64,000 nt of DNA, taken from Harriotta raleighana (lineage: Eukaryota). A program made the position numbers and the translations under genes. Each line of letters opens with the position of its first letter. Position 1 is the stretch's first letter. The stretch spans positions 2,026,031 through 2,090,030 of the forward strand of contig JBNZDD010013689.1 of NCBI GenBank assembly GCA_050575255.1, read 5' to 3'. This document shows positions 1 to 13,240 of this stretch, in pieces. The notes beneath the pieces are model-generated. The model did no database searches, was not told where the DNA came from, and saw only the letters and a program-made list of their open reading frames with translations.

Positions 1-2390
1 CATTTGTAGCGGAGGGCTACTGTATATGGAAAGAATGAGCTGGATTGTGCTTTCTCATTCCAAGGTTTATAGTCTTGCAGATCTCCGAGGGTTAATCGGA
101 TCAGGACTCTATAAACTGTGTACAAGACTCGCGTGCGGCTTGTCCGGAATACCTCTCGTGCCTCGTGCAATGAGCGACTCTGAAGAGCCGCGACTGACTT
201 CAACAACAACAACAACAAAATTACATTTATAGAGCGCGTTTCACGTCAGGAGGACGTCCCAAGGCGCTGGACAGATGATTTAAGACCCAAGCAGGGGGAA
301 ATGTTCAGGGCGAGGGGGGAGGGGGAGGGTGGGAGCAAGGAGGAGGTAGAGAGTCGAGAGGGGAGCTGAAGGCACGGTCGAAGAGACTTCAACCAGGCTA
401 TCTCCTTCGTTGGAAATTGCTTGCAACGATCAACCATAATTTATGCAACAGCTGTACAACTATGTATGTGAGGGTGTATGGGTGTGTGTTGTACATGCAT
501 GTGATCTCATGGGAGCATCTGTGTTTATATGGCGAAGAAACTTGGTGGGCAGATGAGGACCAGCATTTTTGTTTGGATTTTATGGGTCAGTCAGGTGTCC
601 GACACATGTGGAAGCCCATCACCAAGCTCCAGCCAAACTGAGAATCCCAAGCGTCCCACCTACACATAGCTTACCACTGAAGGATTAGCATCGTCTCAAG
701 CCTTTTCAACTGTGATCTAAAACCATCCATTGAGTAAGCAACCTCTGGGCCTGCGCATGTTTACAGTGTAAAACAGATGACTGCAGAGGGAAACAGCAGT
801 GTCATGGTGCCCGAGAGCTGGCTGAGTCTATAGAAACCAGTCAGACTCTTATTTTGTCTTGTATTATTTTATGATGTTAACAGAAAAGAATGTGTTGAGT
901 ACGTGAGAACCACAGAATAATAGCTTCATAAACAGCTTCACAAACAGCTTGCAAGCGCCAGGAAAATAATAAACTGGGAAGGGAGTGTGGCCTGGGCGGG
1001 GGGGAGTGGAGCGGGGGGGGGAAGGGGGGGGTATTTGTAGTGTTTCCAGATGGTGTCTGTTGCCCGTCAGGCATTTCTCTTGTGCTCTTATCCTTCGGGA
1101 TCATGTCAGGTGAAAAGAGAAGAGGAGATTCTGTGTGAGCAGCTCTATTAAGCTGCCCGCAACAAGCCCTGCATGACAGCAAGCAGCAGCCCAGTTGCTG
1201 TTAAAGGGTTAGCAGAGAGCAGGCATCTCCACAGCATACTAAGTACTCCTGCCATCCGCTCAGCAGACGAGGTGTGAGAGCAAAGCAACCCAGCTCTCTG
1301 CCGCTGCTGGGGGCCACACAGAATGCTAAACAGTGTCATAAATACTACTGTGTGAGGAGGGGAGATCGCTTGCTCGGCCACTCGGGCTGGTCTCTCGCCA
1401 GACGAGCTGCTGCTGGCCCCAGGCTCTGTGTGTGGAGTGACTGTGTGTTCTGTAGGTGAATGTCACGCTACCGCAATAACCACAATGTAATAATCCGCGC
1501 CACAGACGCAGCAACTTATTAAGTTGCTGAGATGTCTCAAAGCACTTTACTGGAACGACTATAAAGTGGATTCGCTGCGCGTTCTGTGAGGAGAGAGCAG
1601 TAGTCAGTTGAGCTATAAACAGCCACAGAGTTTTATTTGGGGGGATTGTTGACCATGAACCCAAGAGAGAGAGAGAAACTCCCTTCTCTTTCCGAATAAT
1701 GTCGCGGGATCTTTAACGTCACACAAACAGGTGGAACGCACCTTGGTTTAACAGCTCATCTGAAAGACGGGTCATCCAGTCCATGTGTCCTATCTTTCTG
1801 GTTTGCATTTGATGTGCAGCTGCTAACCCTGCTTCCAGAATCTGTCGGGAACCTGCTCTTCCCATGTATAATAAATGGTGGCTGAAGGAGAGCCCACCCA
1901 ATACTGTGCGTCCGCAGTTCAATAAAGAGAAAGATGCATGGATGACGATTTTGTAAGTGGAAGGAAATGATTCTCCTCGGGGCCTGAGGCTGAGCTGAGC
2001 AAATCTCTCTTGTCCTGCCAGTGTTCTCATTGGAAGCACATGGGGCTTTATCTATCACACGATGTCTGCATTGCTCTCATGTTCCAAACTGGCATCGAGC
2101 GCCAATGTTGGAAATCCAGATTCAATGTGGTCAGAACATCAAATCCAGAGTTCGCTTCGACAACTGTACTGCAGGAATCTGAGCAATTCAGGAATGGTTA
2201 GACATGGAGAAAGTCCAAGCTAATACCGAGCAATACTGAAGTGAACTGCTTGTTGCTTTGGATGGGGGAAGGGAGGAAGGGAGGAAGGGGGTGAAGGTTA
2301 CTGGGACCTGAGCCAGTCTGATGGGCTCAACGTTCTCTCTCTCTGTCTCTCTCTCTCTCTCTGANCCAGTCTGATGGGCTCAACGTTCTC

Positions 2391-2423
<33 letters not shown>

Positions 2424-3184
2424 GACTNGAAGGGAGGAAGGGGGTGAAGGTTACTGGGACCTGAGCCAGTCTGATGGGCTCAACGTTCTCTCTCTCTGTC
2501 TCTCTCTCTCTCTCTGACTCTGCCAATTTTGTGGTTCCTGAGAGCAATTACATTTAAGCCAGTCTCAATCCCCATATTAGTGGTTGTGAGTCCACAGCAT
2601 TGCAGCACGACTTAGAATTGCATTGGCAGGATTGCCCAGAGTGCACAGGAGCATAGAAATAGCACACTCGCACACTTGCCCTTTCTGAAAAGAAATCTTA
2701 ACGCCAATCGTTTATTGCCTAATGATGTGCGATAACTGACCTGGCAATGCAGGGGGCGGATAGGAGCAATTTTTCAGTGAGTTGTTAGGAAGTGGTTAAC
2801 ACACAATCCATATTAGTTTGCAAGAGTGAGTAGATAGATACCTAAAAAATGAGTCATTTGCAACGGGGATGTGGTGGGCAGATAAATGGGCCTATAAATG
2901 GATCGCTTTTTTCCAGCACAGACACAATGGGCCAGTGCTACAAATGTCTACCTTTCTGTAGGAACCCCCAGCTCGGGTACAAACCCATAACTGATCAGCA
3001 CCTTGGAACGTGAAAGACGCCATACAAATCCAATTTGTTGCTGTTGTTGAAGCATCGCATCTGCTGAGTGGAGCGTAAATAAAATGAGTATCTCAATATT
3101 TCCTCCATCCAACACACACACACATACACACACATACACACAAAGGCAGAAGGTTGTATTAAAGTCATAAGTGGCCTTAATACA

Positions 3185-4070
3185 GCAACAACAAAATTAC
3201 AATTGCTTTTCATGTTGGGTGGACTTCTCAAGGTGTTGAACAGTCAGTGATTACAGAGCTGAGCTGGGGATCGGGAATGGTGAGGGCAGGTGGGGAAAGA
3301 AGGTGACCAAAGGCACAGTTGAAAAGGAGGGTCTTGAGATGGGTCTTGAAGGAGGAATGGGAGTGGGCAAGGTGGAGGGACTGAGGGATGTGGGGGCAGA
3401 GTGGGAAAAGGCCTGCCCGTCCAATGTTGGGGCAGGTGAGGTGGAGGACGTGAAGCAGGCCAGAGCCCGCTGAGCTGAGCGAGCGGACAGGTTGGTAGGG
3501 GGTTAGAAGGTGACAGAGGTAGGGGGGAGCAAGGTCATGAGGGGATTTGAAGGTGAAGATCAGGATCTTGAAATGTATCAACACGTTGATAAAATGTGGA
3601 AAGCACAATATAAATATAAGGATTATTATTATATTATATTCTGTGTGATGGGAAGCCAGTGGAGTTGGGCATGGTTGGGGCTGATAGGATCGTGGAGCCT
3701 GATGTAGGAGAGGATGTGGGCTGCAGTGTTTTGTATGATCTGCAGCCTGGGGAGGGAGATGTTTGAGAGGCTGACAAGCAGGGAGTTTGTGTAGTTGAGC
3801 CTAGATGTTATGAATGTGTGTATTCTCAACGGCCTGTGGTGTGTGGCAATGGCAGAGCTAGGCAATGTTGTGGATGTGGGGAAGGCAGAGTAGGATATGG
3901 CATGGATGTGGGGGTAGAAAGGATAGTTGAAGGTCAAACAAGATGGCTCGGTGAGGTGGAGTGTGCATCATTGTATGGTGATACTGTCAGGGTTTACAGA
4001 GTGATGACGGACGTTTTTAGAGGGGTGGGAACGATGCCAGTGGACAGGGAGAGGTTTATGATGTGCCTCT
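3185..4070 (-). mobile_element. L2 (CR1/L2 clade) LINE 3' fragment, degenerate ORF2 C-terminus
   Basis: Peptides ITSRLNYTNSLLVSL...LQIIQNTAAHIL...LHWLPI and HFKILIFTFKSPHDLAPPYL...SFKTHLKT; (TGT)n tail; interrupted by a SINE tail near 3575-3635. Confidence 0.8.
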
Positions 4071-6329
4071 TACCACTAGTGCCTCTTTACCCACCATGCT
4101 GGGGTCGAGCTGTGCTAATGATGTTGTGATGCCAGCTGGCAGTAATGCCTTGGCTCCATGCAATCCCTTGTGCTCGGGTTCACAGCCCAGCTCCCTCTGA
4201 CCAGTTGCCTTTGATGCTCAGCCAATTGTTGCTTGTGTGTCTAAGACCACTTTGCCTCCATTCACCCAGACCCATGTTGATTTCCCAAGTGGCATGGTGC
4301 CAGGGACTTGATGTCTAACTGACTGAAGATCAGAAGGAATAACCTCAGTTATAAGGGCCGGAACCGCTGGCTTACAGGAAACCTATACCTCCCAGAAAGC
4401 GAGCCCCACATTCCCTGAATATTCTCCCAATTTTAAACGCTCCGAGACGCTACCTAGCTTAAAGGCCACTCCGCAAATGCAAATGACTGTTATTATGCAA
4501 ATTACTATGCCTTGAATTTATTCCCTACTCCCTCCTCAGACAATTGCCTAACTGGAGTCTCGATGTTTTTTGCGGGCTTTTAAAAGTTTCGAGGCCTTGT
4601 TCAACTTTCAAATGGAATCAAATTCTGTTTGAGACGTTACCAGTGGGAGAGTCAATCAGTGGTCGGCACTGACAGTTGGCAATAGCCCCCCTCCCCCCCC
4701 CCCCGTTAATTTTGACGACTTGGCAAAGAAAAAAAATTTCACACAGGAAGATTCAAAGCACCTGCCACTTCACGTTTAGTCAGTATTTACTTTAAAGGCA
4801 AGAAAAACCTCTTTGATCAAGGGCCGAATGCTTTTTTTTCCCCTTTTGTCCTGGAATGAGGCATTGTGTGACGAGGGATGTGCTTAACCACATGTAAACA
4901 ATGGGGAGTCAGTGTGACCGAAGCTTTAATCTGATCAGGTTGGAATTGAAATGCCAGGTGCCGAGTGGAAGAGTTGTTTGAACTTATTTTTATGGCTTTG
5001 TATGTTCCCCCAAACCCAATGGTTTCTGAAACAGCCTGGAATAATATTTGCAACAGAGAGGTTACTTTTCGGAAAACAATCGGGTGAAATTTCTTCCTCA
5101 AGCCCTGGCTTGCCTCCTACTTGCGTGCTCGCGAGCGACATCATTCAGACTCCTTCCAAACATACATCAAAGCAATCGAATGGCCCTATTTATCCTTCTC
5201 TTTCTGGATTGGCTGGGAAAGCTCAGTTTCTCCCGGTGTCCAGGCCATCACTCCCCCAAGTAACATGAATCGCTCATTTCATGGCTGTTTGCGGGACATT
5301 GGTGACCGCAAGTGGCTGCCACGTTTCACCTGCAATATAGTCAACTCACTTTATAGTTTATTCTGTGAAGCGCTCTTAAGAGGCATCTTAAAGACATGCT
5401 ACACCAAATGCAAGGATTATGATTATTATTATTAAGATCAGAGCAGGTTCGGAGGCAGCCTGTGAAACCATAGCCCACTTTGCCATAGATTCAACCTATC
5501 CAGATACTGGCCCTTTCTTTCGCTCCCCCCAGTCTTCTGTTCCACCCTCGCATTGTTTCCCTGCCCCACCCCACTCCCCCAGTAACATTGACATTGAGGT
5601 CGCAAGAGAATTTTAAAAGATGAGAATGTCCTGTGACCTTCTGCCAGCACACCTCACCCAGCTCTCTGGTCTGTGAGGATGATTTGAGTATATGCGGCAG
5701 TGAGTGGTACAACTGGATGACATTGTTGGGATTAATGCCACTCTCTCCCTGCAGTAAATGGGCCAGGAGCCCATTCATTAGCAAATCAACTCTTCTGGTC
5801 AGTGTGATCCGTCAGCGCAAAACCGTGCGGGTGTTTGGTTGCCAATAATTCAGGGTATCAGGTAGGTGTGTGCAGGGGCCCACCCCGGCCCGTCTCTTTT
5901 GGCAACACTTTCGCCTCAAGAGTCAAAAGGTTGCGTTTTGAAGCCCTGTGTTGAGAGCTTTGAACTCGCATGGTCCAATGCAGCAGTGGAGAGCTGCACT
6001 CATGGAGACAAAGCATTCAGGACTGTTCTGGTGGATGTTAAAAGATCCCACAGCACTGTTCGAAAATATAGTACACAGGAGTTTTTCCTGGTGTCCTGCC
6101 AAACAATCCCCCAATACAATGAGTCTCTCAGGCCTGTTTGTGGGACATTTGCTGTGTGCAAATTGGCTGCGACATTTGTCCACAAATCAGTCTCGACACT
6201 CGACAGAAAATTCTGTGAAGCTCTTTAAGAAGTGCTCCCGAAGTGAAGAGCGATTTATTAAATGTAAGGATTGTAATGATTTATATTGCAGTTGGGTTTG
6301 ATAGGCTGAATGGCCTGCTATCCGCCAGA

Positions 6330-6696
6330 TTCTTAAAGGGCTGGATAAAGTAGACACTGAGGGACTGTTTCCTCTGGTAGGAGAATGTATAACCAGGGGT
6401 TGCAGTCTTAAAATTAAAGGTCAGCTTTTTAGAACAGAGTTGAGGAAACATTTCTTCACTCAGAAGATAGTAAATTTATGGAATTCACTACCCTAGAAGG
6501 TTGTAGGTGCTCAGTCCTTGAGCATTTTCAAGACTGAGACTGATAGATTTTTTTAAAAATAGAGGGATTAGGGGATATGGGGATAGGGCAGGTAATTAGA
6601 GTTAGGTCAGAAGATCAGCCATGATCTTATTGAATGGGGGGGCAGGCTCGAAGGGCCAAATGGCTTACTCCTGCTCCTAATTCTTATGTTCTTATG
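6330..6696 (+). mobile_element. CR1-type LINE (HER1-like) 3' end
   Basis: ORF2 C-terminal remnant (TRG..LK..RTELRKHFFTQK.VNLWNSLP) and tail gatcagccatgatcttattgaatgg...ggctcgaagggccaaatggc.tactcctgctcctaa(ttcttatg)2. Confidence 0.8.
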
Positions 6697-6793
6697 AAAT
6701 GTATTAATATTCTATAGGTTCAGGGTGTATTGAGGAGTAAGGAAATCAAATAGTGTTCCCACTCCCATTCCCCCATGTTGGGAAGTGGTGGAA

Positions 6794-7096
6794 TCCTGTA
6801 GCTCAGTGATTAGAGCNCTCGCCTTAAAAGCAAGCGCCCTGGGCTTGATTCCCAGCAGGGTAAAATCTTGGGCAAGTTTCCTTACTCCACATGCCTGATT
6901 ATAATTACTCGAGGAAAAAAATCAAATAAAATTGGTCACTTCAATCCACGAATGTTTGTGGAACACTACTGTGCGCAATTGGCTGCGGAGTTTGTTGTCC
7001 ACAAAAAATACAGTTTACAGTACATTCTGTGAAGCGCTTTGAGATGTTCTAGAAGAAATGAAAAGCTCTAAATCAAATAAAAGGATGATTTATTTT
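6794..7096 (+). mobile_element. tRNA-derived SINE, near full length
   Basis: tRNA-like head (tagctcagtg A box, degenerate B box), body with gtgcgcaattggctgc, tail aagcgctttgaga...aaggatgatt; many homologous copies in the window. Confidence 0.8.
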
Positions 7097-8276
7097 AGTG
7101 TGTTTGTGTGTGTGTGCGTGTGTGTTGAGTAAGAACAGCAATTGGTGTGGTAATTTTGCATCACCAATTATCCTGCGACAATGATGTCGAAGCTGTCAAG
7201 GGTTGCGGATGCACAGCTGCTATCACTCGTGGAACAATAAGCTACGGAGAGTGATTGCTGTCGGGAAAGGAGGGGTGTGAGTTCTGCGACTTGTAATTGT
7301 GCCTTCCGCTGTCAGCCTGTTCTGCTATTAAACTAAGGAGTGTTTACAGATGAGAGCAAGAGGCAAACACACTAATACACATCAGAGGCAGACAGATAGC
7401 AGCTGAGAACAATGTATCCAGTTAAATACAAGCATAGCAACGCACGAAGACACAAGATGGTGATGCACAGAGCAACAAAATGGGACGTGCAGAGATGGTG
7501 GGTTCCAGCCATTCATTTCGAACACAGTAAAAATGTACGGACAGGCAGGAAAGAAATAACTTCATAACGCGCAAATCTTCCGATTTCTACATTTTTATGA
7601 TGAAAGTTTTATGGGGGCATTTGTCAGACGGAAAGATCTCAATCCTTTTCAGTAATGTATTCAGCCTGCAGAGCTGGAATGCTTCTCGACTGTAGCTTTA
7701 TTAAAGCTGTATTTCAAACCGATAAGAAAAAAAAATCAATCGTTTTCTTGTAGGGGCTCAGAGAACTGAGTGTCTTGGAGATTCACAGTCGCTGCCATTT
7801 TTCACTGCTAGGACCTTAAACACAAGTCAGCCACAGGAACCTGGAGAAAAGACTCCCTAGGCCACCACAACGTCCACTGGTTACTCAGTGGCTGGACACT
7901 CTGTACTACTAGAGTCATTAAACTTAAGAGCAGTGTTAAGAGCAGTGATCACATGACTGGGCCATCAATTAGGTATTGTGCTGGACCTCTCTATCCCAAT
8001 CCTACTTGCTGCTCTTTCCCTATTGTATCTGCCCTTGTGCTCACTATCACGCTGGTGGCCACTACCCCACTGAAGCTCAGTTGATCAACAAACAGGTTGC
8101 TGTCACTTTACAGTTGTCTTCCGTATCTTTCCCTCCACTCCCATCTCTTTCCCTGTTGTGCCTATGCTGGTGCTTGCTCCCACCCTGGAGCGCTCCACTG
8201 TTAATCCCCTACCATGCTCTTTCCACATTGTGTTTGTGCTGGTGCTCACTCCCAGATTCCACTCTAATCCATAGTG

Positions 8277-9098
8277 GAGTCCTGTAGCTCAGTGGATAGT
8301 CCAGGGTTCGATTCCCGGCAGAGCAAAACCCTGGGCAGGTTTCCTTATTCCACAAATCTGATAATAATCCCTGAAAAATAAATAATAAATTGGTCACTTC
8401 ATTCCATGACTGTTTGTGGGACACTGCTGTGCACAATTGGTTGCCGCGTTTCACCCACAAAACATAGTCACTACACTCCTCGCCGGTCTCCCCTCCGCTA
8501 CCATTCATACAATCCAGGTTATCCAGAATTCTGCCACCTGCATTCTTACCCGTACCAATCTTCACTCCCCGATTACCCCAGTCCTTGCCGGAATTCACCG
8601 GCTCCCTTTCCCGGAGAGGATCGATTTCAAGATCCTCATTCTTGTTTTCAAATCTCTCCACTTCTCTGCACCCCCCTAACCTCTCTGACTTCCTCCTCTT
8701 TCCTCACAACTGCACCCGTTGCCTTCACTCGACTGGGTTTGGTCTCCTTGGAATCCTCTGCTCCACCATCGGCTGCCGTGCCTTCTGCCACTAAGCTCCG
8801 AGGCTCTGGAACTCCCTTCCTCACTCCAATCTCCTTGCCTCCTCTCTTCCTATCTTCAGGTTTTGGCTAAAGACCTTTCTTTTCGACCGCCATTTCAGTC
8901 ACCTTATCCCGCCTCGCCCCGGCTCGGCCCAGGATCCTTTATTAGGTCGTGCTTTGAGACACTCGTCCGGCCTGGAGATCACTATATCAATCCAAGTTGT
9001 TGTTGTTATTTCCGGTATATTCTGTTAAGCACTTTGAGACATCCAGACTTTGTGAAAAGCGCAAAATCAAATGGAAGGATTATTATTAGTATTATAAT
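8277..9098 (+). mobile_element. tRNA-derived SINE split by an L2 LINE 3' fragment (about 8473-9010)
   Basis: SINE head and body 8277-8472; L2 ORF2 C-terminal peptide LLAGLP...IQN...PITPVL...RIDFKILILVFKSLH ending in (TGT)n; SINE tail resumes 9011-9098. Confidence 0.8.
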
Positions 9099-9579
9099 CC
9101 CATTCCCTGCTCTTTCCCCATGAAATCTGTGCTGGTGCTCACTCCAAGACTGGAGCTCTCTATTCCCATTAGTTCGCGAAGATGGGAGGATGAATGGGTG
9201 GGTGGGGGGGAGGGAGAGGAAAAAGATTTGAGAAGTATCTCACTTGCTCACCCAAAAAAACATATTTAGAAATTTACAACACAGAAGGCGGCCATTCAGC
9301 CCATAGTTTCTGTGCCACTTCTTATAAAGAACAATTCCTTCAGTCCTATTTGCCTGCCCTTTCCCCATACACTAGTTTACTCTGAGTAGCTTTCTGAACA
9401 AAGAAAGCTCCCGTGGAAGTGGAAAGGTATGTGGGAGAAGAGCCAGAAAAAGAAACCACCTTTCCTTTAAGAAAAAAGCCAGCAAGAAATATCGACGTGA
9501 ATTTGCCTTTCAACAAAAAAAACAACTGCATTGCATCAATTCAGTCACTGGCAAAGAATACCAATAGCCAACAATTATT

Positions 9580-10770
9580 CAAAAAGTCAGCGTTTTATTC
9601 TCAACATTTTTTAATTATACTTTTCAATCCGTCCAGGGCTGATTCAGCATTTCTTGGCTTTAACTGGAGAGTTAAATGCCTTTCCTGTGTGATCGATGAA
9701 GTGATTTAAACACTCGCTGGTCCACTTAAAAGGGAACCCAGCAATCAGACCAGCAGTGTCCAAAATAAAAGTCATCTTAATAACACTACTTAATAACATT
9801 AGTTTATTTCCTAATAATTCTAATTTGCACATACACTCTTGGTTGATCAACAAATGGGATGTGTTACATTACAATTCTCATCCCTGATCCCCTTCCTGTA
9901 GAAAAAGACCCCTTCGCCAACTACTCCCAACCCCAACCCCCCCCCACCCCCCCACACATTCAGCCTGACAGAATCTCTGTCTGTGGTATCAATGTACAGT
10001 ATATTAAATAATAAAGTCTTCTGTATGTCAACACTGCACAAGCCTCGAAGCAGGGTTCAATAAAGCACTCCTCTGTCACAGACAGGAGATGTGCAAATAT
10101 TACTTTTGCCAATTGCTAATAGATCGTGTGTGTCCAAAGGCACTCTTCGTATGTCCATAAATTCTGTTAAGCTCTGCTTAAACCTCTGGCGGTTGCTCCA
10201 TGTCGGTGAATGGACGTTCTGGGATGTCCCTTCCAAGTGTTACCAGCTGCGGTCCGGAGAGAACAGGAGTCCATAGGAAAAAAGGCATCTTGTCATCTCA
10301 AATTCTCTTTCGCAAGTTAGGACCAGGACGGAATGGAATGGCTGGTCTCGATGGTTAGGTAAGTGATCCGAAGAAACCATTAGAGAACCAGGTTGGAAAG
10401 CTGCGTGAAGCAGCAGATTAGAACTGCGGCCAGCTTGAAGAGAAGAATTACATTCACAGCAAAGAATACAGTAAGAACAGGAATACCAAAGATAAACTGC
10501 TCGCTCCTGCTTCACTCCAAGGTACACACTCAGGACAATCTTCAACGATGGCTCGAATCCTAAAGAAAATATCAAATTAAGGCTCTTTAGCGATGACTTC
10601 AAGAGATTCTTTTATATTTCCCATGTTTGACGGAGAGAAGTGTAGCTGGTCATAGACACATCACAATGAAAAGGGTTACGTTTTGAAGGCGGTTCCTGAA
10701 TTGACTCTTATCTTCCTGTTTTGGTGCCTTCATCTCATTGGTAACAAAAGGTCTCTCTTCGCCACAGTCA
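9580..10770 (-). other. NRP2: Probable NRP2a 3' UTR with candidate AATAAA signals (9803-9808, 9594-9599)
   Basis: Repeat-free, AU-rich sequence directly after the NRP2a stop; tttatt hexamers on the + strand; true 3' end not determinable. Confidence 0.5.
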
Positions 10771-11096
10771 CTACGCTTCCGAGCAGCATTTCCGCTGGTT
10801 AATCTTTACTTTGTGTTTGATGCCATCGTACAGTTCGAAGTTGTAATTCTCCAATGTGGTGGAGCTGCGAGTAGAGAGCCCGGTGTAAGAGCAGGTGCAG
10901 TAGAGCAAAAGGCCAGCACAGATGGCCCCCAGGAGAACTCCTAGTGAGCTCATAGCGATGATGGTAACCAGGATGGGGTCTAGCGAGTACAGCCAATTCT
11001 GGTCTTTGCTGGATGTTGGGCTGACTGACATTCCTTCAAAGGGCATGAGTGTGTTCGATTCTGCATCTTCTCCGTCAAACAGGCCAGCATCTAGAT
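10771..11096 (-). CDS. NRP2: Neuropilin-2 terminal exon, NRP2a-type TM and cytoplasmic tail with SEA PDZ-binding motif
   Basis: gttgcag|AT acceptor, TAG at 10773-10771; WLYSLDPILVTIIAMSSLGVLLGAICAGLLLYCTCSYTGLSTRSSTTLENYNFELYDGIKHKVKINQRKCCSEA is diagnostic of NRP2a. Confidence 0.97.
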
Positions 11097-13171
11097 CTGC
11101 AACACAGCAAAGTGTTTGTTAAATCCTGGTTTGTTAAGGGATACAGTAAAACTCACACAAGTCTGATCTGTATGAATCGTACAATCATACCCAGGTTTAG
11201 ATTGTATGCCATTTTGACATTACTCATACTTTGCAGGAGTTATATTAAATGTTATGACTTATGTCAGTTTGCTGTATAGGGTACAGTGGCAGTCTAATGC
11301 ATTTGGTGATGCATTAGTTAAGTGTATGGCATATTGATGCACCGGGCCAAACATAGGCCATGAAGGACTCCAGTTTATATAGCAGCCTATGGGCACTGTA
11401 ACATCCCAGAGAGCTTGACAGTGGCGGAGGAACGACACCAAAGTGGGGTGGGGTGGAGTGGGGGGGTGGGGGGCGTGGATGGTGATCATAGGTTCGATCA
11501 AACAGGAAGTTCTTCAGGCACAACCTGGGGTGTGTAGGGCCAAACTTAAGATGGAACTTAAGAGGGAATGAACCTTATAATTATCTGTTGAAGGCTGTTT
11601 TGGCTTATTCATAACTTCATTCCAGGGTTCATGATCAGGACAGCCTTGGAAGGATTATCGTGGAATCCTTGGCTGTTATAATAGAACAAAGTCAAGTTCA
11701 GGCTCCTTTGTGTTTTTTGTTTAATGCTCAAATTGCAGCTGTCTCATTTCAGTTGCCATTGTGCTCCTCCAAGCTCCTGGCAGGAATCGCGTTGACAGTA
11801 CTCACTGAACGTTGTCACAAGAGTATGTACATAAGGTGAATGAAGCTCGTACTCTGCATTCTTCATGGGTAACTCATTGTTTCCAAACATGACAACCAAC
11901 AACAGTCAGTGGAGCTTGAAACCCCCGCAGCACTAGAATTTCCAAGAGATTGTTCCCTTAGCTGCCCAAACATTGAAACAGGAGCCACTCTATGAAATTT
12001 CCGTAGTACTCAACAGCTCTAACTGTGCCAGTTACTCAACATAAAGCAGCCGCCAAATATTTTTATGTTCATTAATGCTGAAACGTGCTGAACCGAGTTA
12101 TGTACATCTGTGCAGTCCGAGCAGGGCATTCATCTGGTGGGATCAGTAATCCTGTTCCAGAACCAGGAACACAGCTCACTGACACGCCAGCCAGTCCGTC
12201 ACCAGCAGGACTTCAGAGGGGGAATCTTACTGGTGGCAGGGAGGTCTTGCCACTCCTTGTCCTGTTCACCTCCAAGTCAAAGCCCAAATGGTTAGGATGA
12301 TCCCAGATGGGTGAGCAGTGGGAAGTTTGTCATTTATTGCTCTCCACGGCAAGCAATGTGGGTTTATGTTGGGGATAGAATGCTTTGGATCTCTGGTGCT
12401 GCTGAATGCTGATTTTCTTTAGCTACGCTCAGTCATTACAGGTTTAGTGGAGGAGGGGCAGGGGGAGGCTCATCTGGAGCATAAACACCAGTATAGACCA
12501 GATGGGCCAAATGGCCTGTTTTGTGCTGTATATTCTAATGTATTTCAATGTATTCTAATGTATCTTGGCTCATTCATTTAGTGGTGGACTAAGTGTATCA
12601 ATGGCTGATTAGCACCTTCTTATATTTCCCTTCTTCCCTTGGCAGATTAAATTGTTCTGTGGTCGCACAGATGGTATCACATTGAGCCTATGATCCAACT
12701 CCCTCCCTGCAAACATTAGGACGTGACAACTCTCCATCCAACACGTTGGTGAGTTGCTGATGGGATGCTCCACTTACTTTCCTCACATGGGTCAAGATGT
12801 AATCTCTGGCTCTTTGTGACACTTTATTCATGCCATTGCTCTCAATTCTCTGCCAGTCAAATTTTTTGCTTCTTAGTTGGGTGGATTAACTTCATATGCA
12901 GTGAAACGCTTTCAGCCACTACGCCTCAAAGCTTTGAAACTCCTTCCCCGAATCCCTCCTCCTTGCCCCATCCTTCCCTTCTTTTAGATCCCGACTCTTC
13001 GACCGTGGGTACAGTATACATCTCCTGTACCGTATCTATTTTCACATGACTGCTTTACACAGGATCTCACGTTGCTGGGATGTTGACTGCAACACTCTAT
13101 AATCGCATTAAACTTGACCAATGTTAAAGGGCCAAATAAGATTGAATGAGTTTTGAAACTGTCTTATTTAC

Positions 13172-13240
13172 CTTTGCGGAAATCCCGCCCATGAGGTCTG
13201 TGTTGGATTCCGTCAGTGTCACTGGAGATCATTTCACCCT
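13172..13240 (-). CDS. NRP2: Candidate NRP2a juxtamembrane cassette exon (positional equivalent of the mammalian 17-aa exon)
   Basis: ttttcgttacag|AG acceptor and AAAG|gtaaat donor; 69 nt, phase 1-1, open: EGEMISSDTDGIQHRPHGRDFRK; correct position, but little recognisable sequence similarity. Confidence 0.6.

Noticed and set aside
2270-2520. Apparent three-copy tandem or CRISPR-like repeat
   Set aside because: Copies are separated by single N bases and contain a (CT)n tract; assembly overlap in eukaryotic DNA
6794-6865. tRNA-like sequence (also at 8277, 22200, 32687, 58560)
   Set aside because: Degenerate and always fused to the same body and tail, so these are SINE heads rather than tRNA genes
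8209-9123. Cluster of overlapping 130-150 aa ORFs
   Set aside because: Explained by a frameshifted L2 ORF2 fragment and its antisense frames
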